Below, in pieces: positions 1 to 11,811 of a stretch of 64,000 nt of DNA. Numbering within the stretch: the first letter of the stretch is position 1; the number at the start of each line of letters is the position of its first letter. Origin of the DNA: an uncultured Acidobacteriota bacterium (GTDB lineage: Bacteria; Acidobacteriota; Thermoanaerobaculia; Multivoradales; UBA5704); NCBI GenBank assembly GCA_963832495.1, contig CAWHUF010000005.1, positions 1,813,766 to 1,877,765 of the forward strand, in the 5' to 3' direction. The notes under the pieces are model-generated. The model worked only from the letters and a program-made list of their open reading frames with translations, did not search any database and was not told where the DNA came from. Made by a program: the position numbers and the translations under genes.

Positions 1-384
1 CGCCTCCACCATCACCGAGCCGACGAGAGCCGGGTCGAGGTCCAGGCGGAGGCTCAGGTACGGCCGTTCCGCCGACGCCTCGACGACCTGGGCCACGATG
101 GGCAGCTCGACGGTGGCGAGCAGGTAATGGGCCGGGTCATAGCGGTAGCGTCTGTCCCCCAGCAGCACTTCCTTGCTCCCCTGTGCGATCACGCAGAGGG
201 AAGGCTTGGAGACTCCGTGGAGCGGCTCCGTAGGGTTGGAGAAGCGGTTGAGGTGGAGCCCCTTCAGCGCCTCTACCGTGCCGTCCTCCGGGTTGGCCCG
301 GGCGATGCGCTCCGCCAATTCCTCCTGGTGGGCGTAGGCCCGGTACGTTCCTTGCTCGAATCTCTGGTGGCGTGTCGAGTCCAT
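1..384 (-). CDS. AraC-family transcriptional regulator, N-terminal AraC_N-type domain (partial; continues past window start)
   Basis: Reverse-strand translation from ATG (rc of 382-384) reads MDSTRHQRFEQGTYRAYAHQEELAERIARANPEDGTVEALKGLHLNRFSNPTEPLHGVSKPSLCVIAQGSKEVLLGDRRYRYDPAHYLLATVELPIVAQ... with no stop to position 1. This matches the conserved N-terminal ligand domain of AraC-type regulators that sit divergent to reductase genes. The ORF is not in the supplied track because it runs off the window. Confidence 0.6.
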   Translation of the reverse strand, partial: MDSTRHQRFEQGTYRAYAHQEELAERIARANPEDGTVEALKGLHLNRFSNPTEPLHGVSKPSLCVIAQGSKEVLLGDRRYRYDPAHYLLATVELPIVAQVVEASAERPYLSLRLDLDPALVGSVMVEA

Positions 385-401
385 GCCTCTATCCTAGCCC
401 C

Positions 402-2999
<2,598 letters not shown>

Positions 3000-3020
3000 G
3001 GGGGAAAGGAGAAAACGATC

Positions 3021-3887
3021 ATGGCTAATATCATGGCTAATAAGAAAGTCTGGTTGATCACTGGAGCCAGCCGCGGCATGGGCGTCGATTTCGCCAAGGC
3101 CGCCCTGGCCGCCGGCCACGCGGTCGTGGCGACCGGCCGGAACACCGGCGCTGTCGGCAAGGCCGTGGGTGAGTCGGACGACCTGCTGGTCGTCAAGCTG
3201 GACGTCACCAGCCGTGCCGATGCCGAGGCGGCGGCGCAGGCCGCTGTCGACCGGTTCGGCCGTATCGACGTGCTGGTGAACAACGCCGCCAACTTTTATG
3301 CGGGCTACTTCGAGGAGCTGACGCCGGAGCAGATCGAGCGGCAGTTGGCGACGAGCCTCATCGGCCCGATGAACGTCACCCGCGCCGTCCTGCCAGTCAT
3401 GCGCAAGCAGCGCTCGGGGCACATCATCACGATCTCGTCGAGCGCGGGCCTCGTCGGCTTTGAGTTCTGTTCCGCCTACGCCGCGTCGAAGTTCGGCCTG
3501 GAGGGCTGGATGGAGTCGCTGCAGCCCGAGGTCGCGCCGTTCGGCATTACCACCACCATCGTCAACCCGGGTTTCTTCCGCACGGAGCTCCTCACGCAGG
3601 AGTCGACGGCCTATGCTGAGCCGTCCCTCGAGGATTACGCGGAGCGTACAGCGGCGCAGCAGGAGTGGTGGAAGGCCCAGAACGGCCAGCAGGGCGGCGA
3701 CCCGGCGAAGCTCGCCCAGGCGCTGGTCACGATCGCGAACGAAGAGCAGCCGCCGCGCCGCTTTATCGCCGGCGCCGACGCCATCGCCACCGCCGAGCAG
3801 AAAGTCGCCGATCTCAAGGCGCAGATCGAGGCCTATCGCGAGTTGTCCACGTCGCTCGCTATGGACGAGCCCGTGCTCGCCGGTTAA
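3021..3887 (+). CDS. SDR-family short-chain dehydrogenase/reductase
   Basis: TGASRGMG Rossmann motif, NNAA motif, and YAASK catalytic Y-x3-K. RBS GGGGAAAGGAGAA precedes the start. Confidence 0.85.
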   Translation: MANIMANKKVWLITGASRGMGVDFAKAALAAGHAVVATGRNTGAVGKAVGESDDLLVVKLDVTSRADAEAAAQAAVDRFGRIDVLVNNAANFYAGYFEELTPEQIERQLATSLIGPMNVTRAVLPVMRKQRSGHIITISSSAGLVGFEFCSAYAASKFGLEGWMESLQPEVAPFGITTTIVNPGFFRTELLTQESTAYAEPSLEDYAERTAAQQEWWKAQNGQQGGDPAKLAQALVTIANEEQPPRRFIAGADAIATAEQKVADLKAQIEAYRELSTSLAMDEPVLAG

Positions 3888-3899
3888 CGGAGGAGCAAC

Positions 3900-5026
3900 A
3901 TGCGAGCTCATAGGGAAAAGGAAATGAAACGTTTGCATACCTTCGCGCTGATCACGGCTGCGCTTATCACCTCCGCATGTGCAACCGCGAGTGGAAACAA
4001 CAAACCCGCGCCGCTGCTGATTCAGGAGCAAGGCAGCTTTGCGGCCGGCGGGACGGTCATCACCGCTCCCGGCACTTTCGACCCGATCAAACAGGGTGCG
4101 TACAACCCCGCCGGACCCGATACCGCGGGACAGACCTTGCACGGTGATCACGCCTATGTGTTCTACCAGGTCCCCGTCAATGCCAGAAAGCTTCCTCTCG
4201 TGTTCTGGCATGGCCACGGGCAGTCCGCCAAGACGTGGGAAACGACGCCCGACGGACGTGAGGGGTTCCAGAACATCTTCCTGCGCCGTCGCTTTCCGGT
4301 CTACCTGATCGATCAGCCACGGCGCGGCCGTGCAGCACGCAGCCGATGAACGTTGCGCCCACGCCCGACGAGCAGCTCTGGTTCGGTATCTTCCGCCTCG
4401 GTATCTGGCCGGACCTCTTCCCGGGCGTGCAGTTCTCACGCGATCCGAAGGCACTCGACCAGTTCTTCCGGCAGATGGTGCCGAACACCGGACCCTTCGA
4501 CATGGAAGTCAATTCCGACGCGGTTTCCGCACTCTTCGACCGGATCGGGCCGGGCATTCTCGTCACGCATTCCCAAAGCGGTACACTGGGCTGGCGCACG
4601 GCGATCAAGAACAGGAATGTCCGAGCCATCGTGTCTTATGAGCCGGGCGGCAACTTCTCTTTCCCGGAGGGCGAAGCCCCTGAGCCGATGACCCACGCCG
4701 GCGGCACGCTGAAAGCCGTCGAGGTGCCTCTGCCGGATTTCATGCTGCTCACGAAGATCCCGATCGTCGTTTACTACGGCGACAATATTGGCGGCAATAT
4801 TGCCGAGAAACCGAGCGTGAATCCAGGCCAGGACCAGTGGCGCGTCTTTTTTGCCATGGCAAAGCTGTGGCGCGATGCGGTAAACCGCCGGGGCGGCGAT
4901 GTCACCCTCGTGCATCTGCCGGAGCTCGGCGTTCGCGGCAATACGCACTTCCCCATGTCCGATCTCAACAATCTGCAGATCGCCGACCTTCTGTCGCAGT
5001 TTCTCGAGCAGAAGGGGCTGGACTGA
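3900..5026 (+). CDS. secreted alpha/beta-hydrolase-fold protein (lipase/esterase-like), split by one -1 frameshift near 4322-4345
   Basis: The N-terminal piece (3900..4349) carries a signal peptide ([20 protein letters not shown]), the HGHGQS oxyanion-like region, and [11 protein letters not shown]. The C-terminal piece (4346..5026, other frame) carries the nucleophile elbow HSQSG. The frame 2 reading is open for ~30 codons upstream of its ATG, so this is a single gene with an indel. Confidence 0.6.
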
Positions 5027-5042
5027 TCGCGGGAGGACAGAA

Positions 5043-5864
5043 ATGAGACTGCTCGCTACGGCCATCCTGTCACTTTCTCTTCTCACTTCCGCGTCAGCCC
5101 AGACCATCAGCATCGCACGAAGCGGCACGCAGCCCTCCCGGCCGGGACCGGCTGAAAACTTCACGGGTTCCGTGCGCGTCGATCCTTTGTTCCAGCCGAG
5201 CGATCCTGCGCGCGCGAGCGGCGGGCTCGTCACGTTCGAGCCCGGCGCCCGGTCGGCATGGCACAGCCATCCGCTCGGCCAGATCCTGATCGTGACGGCT
5301 GGCACCGGCCGTGTTCAGCAATGGGGCGGAGCGATCGACGAGATCCGGCAGGGCGACGTCGTTCGCATTCCGCCGGGCATCAAGCATTGGCATGGAGCAG
5401 CGCCAACGACGTCGATGGCGCACATCGCCATTGTGGAGCAGCTCGACGGCAAGAGCACCGATTGGATGGAAAAAGTCAGTGAGGAGCAATACAACATGCC
5501 AGTCCGTAAACAAGAGTCGTCCTCCGCTCCCAAGGCATCCGCGCAGAGCACGCAACCGACGCGGGCTCAACAATTGATCGGCGACTTCTCTCCGAAGCTG
5601 GTCGAGCTCACGGACAACGTGCTATTTGGCGATGTGTGGGCGCGTCCGCAACTCTCTCCACGCGACCGCAGCCTCGTGACCGTCAGCGCGCTGATCGCGA
5701 TGAACCGGCCGGATCAGCTCCGGTCTCACCTCGTCAGGGCGCGCGACAACGGCGTGACACAGGAAGAGCTGGTCGAGACGATTACGCACTTGGCGTTCTA
5801 CGCCGGCTGGCCTAGCGCAATAACCGCAGTCACCGTGGCCAAGGAAGTCTTCGAGGACAAGTGA
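5043..5864 (+). CDS. secreted cupin-domain / carboxymuconolactone-decarboxylase-family (CMD, AhpD-like fold) fusion protein
   Basis: Signal peptide [20 protein letters not shown]. The cupin core is [20 protein letters not shown]...[10 protein letters not shown]. The C-terminal CMD-family region is [31 protein letters not shown]...[11 protein letters not shown]. Confidence 0.7.
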   Translation: MRLLATAILSLSLLTSASAQTISIARSGTQPSRPGPAENFTGSVRVDPLFQPSDPARASGGLVTFEPGARSAWHSHPLGQILIVTAGTGRVQQWGGAIDEIRQGDVVRIPPGIKHWHGAAPTTSMAHIAIVEQLDGKSTDWMEKVSEEQYNMPVRKQESSSAPKASAQSTQPTRAQQLIGDFSPKLVELTDNVLFGDVWARPQLSPRDRSLVTVSALIAMNRPDQLRSHLVRARDNGVTQEELVETITHLAFYAGWPSAITAVTVAKEVFEDK

Positions 5865-5885
5865 CGCGCAAAGGAGGATCCTGCC

Positions 5886-6743
5886 ATGAATGAGGACTTC
5901 GACGAGACCTCCCCACCCGATCTGACGGAAGAACTGACGGAGGACCTGACGGAGGACGAACAGGCGCTGCTCGAGGAGATGCCGGCATTGACTGGCGTCG
6001 GGTCGACGCGGCGCACGTTCCTGGGACAGACCATTGCCGGCGGCCTCGGGTTTTTCGCCCTCGACCTGCTCGAGCTCGAGAGAGCGTTTGCGGCACTGGG
6101 TTCTCCCCCCGGTGCGGCGGCGGCCATGGCGCCCTCGGCGGAAAACCTTGTAAAAGTCGCGCTGAAGGTCAACGGCGCGGCGAAGACGCTGGAGATCGAT
6201 TCGCGCGTGGTGCTGCTCGACGCGCTGCGCGAACGGCTGGAGATGACCGGCACGAAGAAGGGCTGCGACCAGGGTCAGTGCGGGGCCTGCACGATGCTCG
6301 TCGACGGGCGGCGCGTCCTGTCGTGCCTGACGCTCGCCGCCTGCGTTGAGGGGCGGGAGGTCACGACGATCGAGGGGCTCGCGAAGGGGGATGAGCTCCA
6401 CCCGATGCAGGCGGCCTTCATCAAGTACGACGGCTTCCAGTGCGGATATTGCACGCCGGGGCAGATCTGTTCGGCCGTGGGCCTGCTCGAAGAGGCGCGC
6501 CGCGGCCACGTGAGCCACGTCACGGAAGACGTGACTGCGGTGACCGGGGCAGCGACCCGGCTCACGGACGACGAGATCCGCGAACGGATGAGCGGCAACA
6601 TCTGTCGTTGCGGGGCCTACCCGAAGATCGTCGCGGCCATCCAGGAGGTCCATTCAGGCAAGCAGACGGCCCAGACGTGGCGCTTCGCCGACGAGGAGCA
6701 ACTGGCCCGCGTGCGGAAGGAGGACGCCAGTGAGACCGTTTAA
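5886..6743 (+). CDS. paoA: (2Fe-2S)-binding subunit of a PaoABC-type periplasmic aldehyde oxidoreductase (xanthine dehydrogenase family), Tat-exported
   Basis: Twin-arginine motif STRRTFLG. Ferredoxin-like and four-helix 2Fe-2S cysteine clusters are present (GCDQGQCGACTMLVDGRRV; GFQCGYCTPGQICS; CRCGAYPKI). LKVNGAAKTLEIDSRVVLLDALRE closely parallels E. coli PaoA as recalled from memory. Confidence 0.8.
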   Translation: MNEDFDETSPPDLTEELTEDLTEDEQALLEEMPALTGVGSTRRTFLGQTIAGGLGFFALDLLELERAFAALGSPPGAAAAMAPSAENLVKVALKVNGAAKTLEIDSRVVLLDALRERLEMTGTKKGCDQGQCGACTMLVDGRRVLSCLTLAACVEGREVTTIEGLAKGDELHPMQAAFIKYDGFQCGYCTPGQICSAVGLLEEARRGHVSHVTEDVTAVTGAATRLTDDEIRERMSGNICRCGAYPKIVAAIQEVHSGKQTAQTWRFADEEQLARVRKEDASETV

Positions 6744-7735
6744 ATACGTGCGTGCGGCCGACCCGAATGCCGCGGCCAGCGCCGTCCTGGCGAACCCGCG
6801 GGCGAAGTTCCTGGCCGGCGGCACGAACCTCCTCGATCTGATGAAGGAGGACGTCGAGCGTCCGAACGAGCTGGTGGACCTCAACCGTTTGAAGCTGGAC
6901 GAGATCAAACCGCTCGCCGATATCAATCAGACGAGCGGCGGCGTCTCCATCGGAGCCTTGGCGACGAACACGGAAACCGCCAACCACCCGCTCATCCGCC
7001 AGAGCTATCCGCTCCTTACGCAGGCCATTGTCGCGGGCGCCTCGGCGCAGCTCCGCAATATGGCGACCAACGGCGGAAACCTCCTGCAGCGCACGCGGTG
7101 CCCGTACTTCTATGACACCGCGATGCCGTGCAACAAGCGGGAGCCCGGGACGGGATGCGGCGCTCGCGAAGGGCTCAACCGGATGCATGCGATTTTCGGC
7201 TGGAGCGAGAAGTGCGTGGCCACCTACCCGGGCGACATGGCGAACGCGCTCTACGCGCTCGACGCCGTGGTGAGGGTCCGGGGCGCGAACGGGCGTGAGC
7301 GTACGATCCCCATCGGCGATTTCCACCGCCTGCCGGGCGACACGCCGGAGAAAGACAACAATCTCCAGCATGGTGAGCTGCATCGTGGCGATCGATCTGC
7401 CGAAGTCGAATTTCGCGAAGAATTCCTATTACCTGAAGGTCCGCGACCGCGCCTCATACGCCTTCGCGCTCGTCGCGGTCGCCGCCGCGCTGGAGCTCGA
7501 CGGCGGCACGATCCGGCAGGCGCGTGTCGTGCTCGGTGGCGTGGCCCACAAGCCGTGGCGGAGCCGTGAGGCGGAAGCCGCACTCGCCGGAAAACGCGCG
7601 TCGGAAGAGAGCTTCCGGCAGGCAGCCGAGGCGGCGCTCGAGGATGCGAAACCTCTCGCTCATAACACTTACAAAGTCGAGCTGGGGAAGCGGGCCATCG
7701 TCCGCGCACTTATGCGTGCAAGCAAGCTGGCGTAG
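6730..7735 (+). CDS. paoB: FAD-binding subunit of PaoABC-type aldehyde oxidoreductase (CO dehydrogenase flavoprotein fold), split by a +1 frameshift near 7385
   Basis: FKYVRA..FLAGGTNLLDLMK is the FAD-binding motif. The reading frame switches at ...LQHGEL|IVAIDLPKSNF and continues as the ORF 7295..7735, which carries the typical C-terminal domain. It overlaps and abuts the neighbouring subunit genes. Confidence 0.7.
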
Positions 7736-7745
7736 GAGGATTCCA

Positions 7746-9928
7746 ATGCCGAGATACATAGGCAAAGAGATGAGCCGCGTCGACGGCGTGGCGAAGGTAA
7801 CGGGCAAGGCGAAGTACGCGGCGGAGTTCCGGGTGCCCAACCTCGCCTACGGCTTCATCGTGCTGGGAACGGTCGCGAAAGGCACGATCCAATCGATCGA
7901 CACGCGCGAGGCCGAAGGCGCGCCGGGCGTAGTCCGCGTTTTCACGCACCTGAACACCCCGAAGCTCCAGGCCCAGGAAGAGCGGGACAAGTCGTTCCGG
8001 GCCCTCCAATCCGAAAAAATCTTTTTCAACGCACAGCCCGTGGCCCTCGTCGTCGCCGAGACGTACGAGCAGGCGCGGTACGCGTCGCGCCTCGTGAAAG
8101 TCTCCTATAACGCGGAGCAGCACATGACCGATACGGAGGCCGTGCGGGAGAAGGCGCGCTCGCCCCGGCAGGGAGCGCCTCCGAAGCCTCGCGGCAATCC
8201 CGAGGAGGCGATGCGCATCGCGCCGGTGAAGGTCGAGGCCGAGTACCGCATCCCCATCGAGCACCACAACCCCATGGAGCCGCACGCGGCCATCGCCGTG
8301 TGGCAGGGCGACAAGCTCACGATCTTCGACAAGACGCAGGAAGTCTATGGCGTGCGCGAGCACCTGGCCTCGAGCTTCGGCGTCCCCGAGGAGAATGTGA
8401 ACGTTGTCTCGCCTTTTGTCGGCGGGGCGTTCGGATCGTCGCTGCGGCCGAACTACTATCCCGCGCTGACGGCGATGGCGGCCCGCGAGCTCAAGCGCCC
8501 GGTCAAGATCGTCTACACGCGCCGGCAGATGTTCACCGGCCACGGCTACCGCCCGTATACGATCCAGAAGGTCGCGCTCGGCGCGGAGCCTTCCGGAAAG
8601 CTCTCCGCGATGATTCATGAGGCGGTGCACAACACCTCCAGCTTCGAAGAGTTTTCGGACGGCACCACCGGGTTTCCGCGCCAGGTGTACGCCTGTCCCA
8701 ACCTCTACGCGCCGCTGAAGATCACCAGCACCGATCTCAATACTCCGACGTGGATGCGCGCGCCGGGGGCGGTCAGCGGCATGTTCGCGCTCGAATGCGC
8801 GATGGACGAGCTGGCCTATGCGGTGAAAATCGATCCATTGGAGCTGCGCCTCCTCAACTACGCCGAGGTGGACCCCGAGAGCGGGAAGCCGTGGTCGAGC
8901 AAGGCGCTGCGGGAGTGCTACCGGCTCGGCGCGGAGAAGTTCGGATGGAAGGACCGCAAATTCGAGCCCCGCTCGATGCGCGACGGGCGGTTGCTGGTCG
9001 GCTGGGGCATGGCCACGGGCGTGTGGGGCGCGTTCCAGAGGCCTGCCAGCGCCCGGATCAGTTTGCGTGCCGGCGGCACGGCACACGTCGTCAGCGCGAC
9101 CGCCGATATCGGCCCCGGCACCTACACGGTGATGACCATGATCGCCGCCGAGTACCTGGGGCTGCGGCCGGAGCAGGTGAAGTTCGAGCTCGGCGACACG
9201 AATTTCCCGCGGGCGCCGTCGCAGGGTGGCTCTCAGACGACTTCGAGCGTGGGCTCGGCCGTGTACGGCGCGGCCCTGGCCATGGGCGCGAAGCTCTTGT
9301 CGCTCGCGAACCAGGACGCAGGCTCGCCGCTGAAGGAAGCCTCCGCCTCCGACGTGGAGATGCTCGACGGCCGCCTGCAGCTCAAAAGCGATCCATCGCG
9401 TTTCGTTACTGTTTCTGACGTCATGAAGCGGAACGGCCTCACGGAGGTCACCGAGACGTTCGAATCGCGACCGTCGAAGGAGCGCGAGAAATACGCGCTG
9501 TTGGCGCACGGCGCGCAGTTCATCGAGGTGAAGGTGGACCCCGACCTCGGCACCGTCCGCGTCACGCGGGCCATCGAGGTCACGGCCTGCGGTAAGATCA
9601 TCAATCCCAAGGCGTCGCACAGCCAGGAGATCGGCGGCGTGGTCTGGGGCATTGGCATGGCGCTTCAGGAGGCCACGGAGATCGATCACCGCTACGGGCG
9701 GATCATGAACCCGGACCTCCAGCACTACCATGTCCCTGTCAACGCGGACGTTCACGAGATCGAGACGCTGTTCGTCGAGGAGGACGATACGATCGTCAAC
9801 CCGCTCGGCGTCAAGGGCATGGGGAGCTCGGGATGGTAGGCATCCCGGCGGCGATCGCGAACGCCGTGTTTCACGCCACGGGCCGGCGCATCCGGGATCT
9901 GCCGATCACGCCGGACAAGCTGCTGTAA
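7746..9928 (+). CDS. paoC: molybdopterin-binding large subunit of PaoABC-type aldehyde oxidoreductase; -1 frameshift in a G-run near 9822
   Basis: RBS AGGAGGA lies 6 nt upstream of the ATG at 7746 (MPRYIGKEMSRVDGVAKVTGKAKYAAEF). Aldehyde-oxidase/xanthine-dehydrogenase a/b hammerhead and Mo-binding domains are present throughout. The supplied ORF ends GMGSSGW*, but the adjacent frame continues ELGMVGIPAAIANAVFHATGRRIRDLPITPDKLL*, which is the conserved C-terminus. This is consistent with one G deleted from GGGGG. Confidence 0.75.
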
Positions 9929-9931
9929 GCG

Positions 9932-10120
9932 ATGAAAGTGTTCGAGGTCGTCATTGCGCTGCTCCTGGGCGGCGCCATCCTCGCCGCCGTGGCGCGGCGG
10001 CGGCTCGTGGCGCTCCGGACCGACGGCACGATTGGCGACGCCGCGTTCCAGCGTGTCGAAGAGGAGCTCGACTGGGCCGAGCTCGACTGGGCGCAGTACC
10101 TTCGCGCAGCCGCTGACTGA
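9932..10120 (+). CDS. small hypothetical membrane-associated protein (62 aa)
   Basis: Begins 4 nt after the paoC stop. Hydrophobic N-terminus VVIALLLGGAILAAV. No recognisable family, so it may be spurious. Confidence 0.25.
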   Translation: MKVFEVVIALLLGGAILAAVARRRLVALRTDGTIGDAAFQRVEEELDWAELDWAQYLRAAAD

Positions 10121-10192
10121 CCGTACGGGCTCGTCATTTTCATGACGTTCGTTTCGCTGTACGTCGCTCAGGTACTGATACAGTTCAGTCCC

Positions 10193-10561
10193 ATGGATCA
10201 CCGCGCCCTTCATCCTACTCCGTACTCTTACGCCCAAGCCCATGAGATCTCGGGCTTCTCACGCGTCCTGTTCATCAGCGGCCAGGTGCCGGAAGACAAG
10301 GACGGCAACGTGCCGGCGGATTTCAAGAGCCAGTGCCGCCTGGCCTGGGCCAACGTCGAGGCCCAGCTCGCGGCGGCCGGAATGACTCTCGATCACCTGG
10401 TCAAGGTGACGACGTTTCTTTCGGACCGGAAATACCGCCGAGAGAACTACGAGGTCCGGACCGAGGTCCTGGGCGAGCGGTTACCCGCGCTCACGATCAT
10501 CATCACGGGAATCTATGAGGAGTACTGGCTGCTTGAGATCGAGGCGATCGCGGCGGCCTGA
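10193..10561 (+). CDS. RidA/YjgF/TdcF-family (Rid) protein
   Basis: ISGQVP...DFKSQCRLAWANVEAQLAAAGMTLDHLVKVTTFL...IIITGIYEEYWLLEIEAIAA is a typical Rid-family sequence. The in-frame start at MDHRAL is chosen rather than the longer 10142 start. Confidence 0.7.
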   Translation: MDHRALHPTPYSYAQAHEISGFSRVLFISGQVPEDKDGNVPADFKSQCRLAWANVEAQLAAAGMTLDHLVKVTTFLSDRKYRRENYEVRTEVLGERLPALTIIITGIYEEYWLLEIEAIAAA

Positions 10562-10589
10562 GACTCCGTTATAACGGAAGGGGTGAGTC

Positions 10590-10910
10590 ATGGGACGCTT
10601 CGTGATCGTTGCGTACGCGCCGAAGGCCGGCAAGGAAGAGCAGCTTCTGGCCGCGGTCCGAAAGCACCTGCAGGTGCTTCGGGCCGAGCAACTGGTAACG
10701 GACAACCCTGCCTACGTGATGCGTGCCGCGGATGGAGCCATCGTCGAGGTCTTCGAGTGGCGCTCGGCGGAAGCCATCAATGCCGCCCACACCAATCCGG
10801 CGGTTCAGGCGCTGTGGGCGGACTTTGGTGCCGCCTGTGACTACGTGCCGTTCAGCAAGCTGGCAGAGACCCACCAGATGTTTGCCGAGTTTGATCCCGT
10901 GCAGTTGTAG
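10590..10910 (+). CDS. antibiotic-biosynthesis-monooxygenase (ABM/Dabb) domain protein
   Basis: 106 aa, ferredoxin-like ABM fold signature (FVIVAYAPKAGKEE...VEVFEWRSAEAINAAHTNPAVQALW). Preceded by an RBS (GGGGTGAG). Confidence 0.6.
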   Translation: MGRFVIVAYAPKAGKEEQLLAAVRKHLQVLRAEQLVTDNPAYVMRAADGAIVEVFEWRSAEAINAAHTNPAVQALWADFGAACDYVPFSKLAETHQMFAEFDPVQL

Positions 10911-10923
10911 ATCCCGGAAGCAT

Positions 10924-10949
10924 GCGTCCTCGCTGGCCAGTCGAGGACG
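10924..10949. terminator. intrinsic-terminator-like hairpin between convergent genes
   Basis: GCGTCCTCG-ctggccag-CGAGGACGC is a 9-bp perfect stem with an 8-nt loop, 14 nt after the ABM stop. Confidence 0.5.
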
Positions 10950-10997
10950 CGGGATTCATCGGTCACCGGTTACGGCCTTGAGACTGTATCGAGACCC

Positions 10998-11219
10998 TTA
11001 GATGAAGATCCACACATCGAAGGGACCGCCGAGGTTGCCTGATACCATGGCCTCGCCGGCACCCTGCGCGGGCTCGAGGTTCAAGTAGTCCGCCACTGAC
11101 ACGCCGTCGGGGAACTGGCCGGCATAAATCCAGGTCTTGGTGGCAGCGGCGGCACCTCGCAGGTTGGGCTTGGACTGTCCGGCCTTCTTGCTATCTTGAC
11201 TCAAGAGAACGTTTGCCAT
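10998..11219 (-). CDS. small hypothetical protein (73 aa) in an AT-rich islet
   Basis: ATG is preceded by AAAGGA at about 8 nt. The product is MANVLLSQDSKKAGQSKPNLRGAAAATKTWIYAGQFPDGVSVADYLNLEPAQGAGEAMVSGNLGGPFDVWIFI. No family recognised. It lies in the only low-GC stretch (about 10920-11800) of the left half. Confidence 0.35.
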   Translation of the reverse strand: MANVLLSQDSKKAGQSKPNLRGAAAATKTWIYAGQFPDGVSVADYLNLEPAQGAGEAMVSGNLGGPFDVWIFI

Positions 11220-11811
11220 GATTCAATTCCTTTCTATCGATTGTTAGATGTCATTTTTAGTCTTCACAGGGGCGGTGTTCTTCTTCAAATTCCACTGTGC
11301 TTTCGCACCTCCTTTCTGAAGATTTTCTATCACCTGCCCACTGAAGATCTCGTGCCAGTGCGGATCAGGGAGGCTTTGGGCGCAAGGGCCCCTCGACACA
11401 CGACAGTCAGCGGGTTAGGTGGAGGAAGCCTGAAGGCTCGTGCGCCGACGACACAGATCTTGCTCAGGCTCGTTCCAGTCCTACCCAAGCTCCCTATTAC
11501 TTCCGATCACATAGACGGACACGGTTGGAAAAATCACCGCCGAAAATCTGCGCAGCGTCCCATCTTTGGGATCTTTGTTTGGTGCAATTTTTGCATAATT
11601 CTAAAATAAAAAACAGAACTCGGCCCGGTGAGGTGGCTGCCCTGCCTGCGCTGCCCGGGGTGGGCCGCAAGACCGGCGTGTTCATAGAGTGCTGCAAATT
11701 GATCGATTCGTTATCCCGAGAGAACCCGGCTGTGTAACGAAACTGGCCTGGGCACGCCTGTAAGGAGGTGTTCAAGTAAGGAAACTCTTCCCTTACGGAA
11801 AGGACCCCTCC

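Noticed and set aside
7710-9755. 681-aa minus-strand ORF opposite the paoC-like gene
   Set aside because: Antisense to a strongly conserved Mo-subunit gene. No recognisable domains. This is a GC-driven stop-codon desert.
11196-11609. 137-aa plus-strand ORF in the AT-rich islet
   Set aside because: No RBS, odd composition, and it overlaps the better-supported minus-strand 73-aa ORF. It is likely non-coding promoter DNA.
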